Assembly: GCA_051294375.1 (NCBI GenBank)
Contig: JBJCIZ010000499.1
Coordinates: forward strand, 1 to 9,485
Source of the DNA: Paraspadella gotoi
Taxonomy: Eukaryota; Animalia; Chaetognatha
Direction of reading: 5' to 3'
DNA: 9,485 bases
Numbering within the stretch: the stretch's first letter is position 1; each line of letters begins with the position of its first letter. The notes under the pieces are model-generated. The model saw only the letters and a program-made list of their open reading frames with translations. It ran no database searches and was not told the DNA's origin. Positions 7,799 through 9,485 of this stretch are shown in pieces. The position numbers were made by a program, and so were the translations under genes.

Positions 7799-8539
7799 TC
7801 ACTGGGAAGATGGGTATCTAGCTAAAGGTAGGTTCTCACTTGTCTCTCATCAGGGAAAAGAGGTAAGAAGGGTAAGGAATATATTGGTAATAGGTAAGTA
7901 GCTATAACAAAGGGAACAAGGGTACATAAAAGGGAGAAAAGGGAGAGGGAAGGTTTTCAGACCCCGAGACCGAGAGGAGAAGTTGAGAGAGTCTGTCCGA
8001 TCTCCAAGACTCTATCCGTGACTCCGGGGATGAAGAGGAGGGGACGACGAGGGGAGGAGGAGGCGTTGAGAGGGGGAAGAGAAGGCCCGGGGGAGAGAGA
8101 GGTTCTGGCGGTAGGGTGAGCCTCTATCTTGATTTGCATAATTTTTAGCAATTTTTATGAAAATACTTATTTTTTAGAATTACTCAATATTTATATAAAC
8201 TTATTTTTTTTAATTTTTATGGATGAAAACGGGTTTAAATTCTTTGTTTAGGCTATATTTCACTTAAAAAAGTGAACTTAACCGCGCTATTACTCAATGA
8301 GCCACCAGGTCACAACTGAAAGTATCATGCATATAGGCGGGGTGAACCTAGGCAATGCCCGACTATATGTTTGTAGGTTTGCAATGTTTGCATGTATGCA
8401 ATGTCAAGCGAGTACGGTTGGTACATCATGACAGAAGCAAAACATGGCGAGACGGAGTTTGAATAAAGACAAGAATAAAACCAAAAGACACAAGCTCCGA
8501 CCGAAAGCATGAAAGCCAAAGTGGTCGGTCGACATAAAC

Positions 8540-8920
8540 ACAAGTTTGAGCAAACAATGTCGGATCTGCCCACGATCATTATCGGTAATTAATTAATTAA
8601 ATTTTGGATTTGGGTAGAAAAGTGTGTGATTAAACTAGAAATTAAGTTTCGATGGAATCGTTTGAGTGGAAATGAGTTTAAATGGATAAAACAAAGAACT
8701 TATTACACTAATTGATTATGCTTCTTTTTTTTATTTTAAATGTAAATGCAAGATGTATTATTTAATCAAAAAATAAATCAGTCAATTAATCAATTAGTCA
8801 ATTAATTAATCAATAATTAATTAATCAGTCAATTAATCAATCAAAACAAACATTTTGAATCAAATTAATTAATTAATTGCCTAATTAATTAAATAATTAA
8901 CTTGAATAAATAAATTATTA
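8540..8920 (-). mobile_element. Family A HINE-like element, copy 2 (3' terminus; other end not seen in window)
   Basis: ACAAGTTTGAGCAAACAATGTCGGATCTGCCCACGAT (8540-8576) matches 4873-4909 at 35 of 37 nt; followed by TTAA tracts and the family A core repeat in inverted orientation. Confidence 0.75.
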
Positions 8921-9442
8921 ATGCCTCTTCCCTAACCCTAACCCAGGCCCGGCCTCCCGTACATCTCCGTGCCTCAACCCTAACCCTAACCGCCTTCGAT
9001 GCATCAACCATGGGTCCCTCCCCAACCCTAACCCTAAACCAAGCCTCCCGTTCAACTCCATGCCTCTCCCTAACCCTAACCCAGGCCCGGCCTCCCGTAC
9101 ATCTCCGTACCTCAACCCTAACCCTAACGCCTTTGATGCATCAACCATGGGTCCCAACCCTAACCCTAAACCAAGCCTCCCGTTCAACTCCATGCCTCTC
9201 CCCTAACCCTAACCCAGGCCCGGCCTTCCGTACATCTCCGTACCTCAACCCTAACCCTAATTGCCTTGATATATAAGCCACGGGCCTCTCTCCCAACCCT
9301 AACCCTAAACCGGCCCAGGCCTCCCGTACATCTCCGTGCCTCAACCCTAATCCCTAATGTCCCTCGCCAGTACCTTCCCTAAGCCTAACCCTAACGCGGG
9401 CCTCTTGGTCATCAACAACACCCTCCCTACCCCTATCCCTAA
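8921..9442. repeat. Interstitial telomere-motif higher-order repeat: 12 (CCCTAA)2-type nodes separated by recurring ~30-36 nt spacers
   Basis: Nodes at 8930, 8978, 9026, 9068, 9116, 9158, 9201, 9249, 9297, 9345, 9377 and 9425; spacer order A-B-C-A-B-C-A-B'-A'-E-F; higher-order unit ~132-139 bp. Confidence 0.9.
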
Positions 9443-9485
9443 AATTGACATTAATAATAAGCCTAAAATAAACTTACTTAACTCA

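Noticed and set aside
7957-8151. 64-aa Pro/Ser-rich minus ORF
   Set aside because: Low-complexity product of a G/A-rich tract, with no recognisable motif.
8918-9344. GLGLG / PNPNP / LTLTL ORFs as proteins
   Set aside because: These are the expected translations of TTAGGG-phase repeats; the frame breaks at the 43-nt interval near 9201.
8921-9442. CRISPR array
   Set aside because: The repeat is only ~12-14 nt of telomeric hexamer, spacers recur (A-B-C-A-B-C) and are related to each other, and there are no cas genes or prokaryotic context.
9377-9485. True chromosome end
   Set aside because: No pure repeat tract, non-telomeric DNA follows, and CCCTAA on the plus strand is the wrong orientation for a right-hand end.

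Overview
AT-rich eukaryotic-looking DNA with three N gaps (122-379, 467-715, 4569-4593) and no recognisable complete gene; most ORF-track entries are translations of microsatellites or Ns. The right half is explained by non-autonomous Helentron-type (HINE/DINE-1-like) rolling-circle elements, recognised by structure alone. An outer ~2.8-kb element lies on the minus strand (4872-7695), with an 11-bp subTIR, terminal hairpins, (GTCC)n and internal tandem repeats. An unrelated ~1.2-kb element of the same architecture is nested inside it in the opposite orientation (5101-6333). A second copy of the outer family starts at 8540, carries an inverted internal module and runs into an interstitial array of (CCCTAA)2 nodes kept in 6-nt phase (8921-9442). 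The left half has a probable gapped minus-strand coding segment (1-852), two 43-49 aa ORFs missing from the track, and a GC-rich, hairpin-dense island (3860-4215). Four degenerate tRNA-like sequences are scattered through the window. All calls are by eye; no searches were run.
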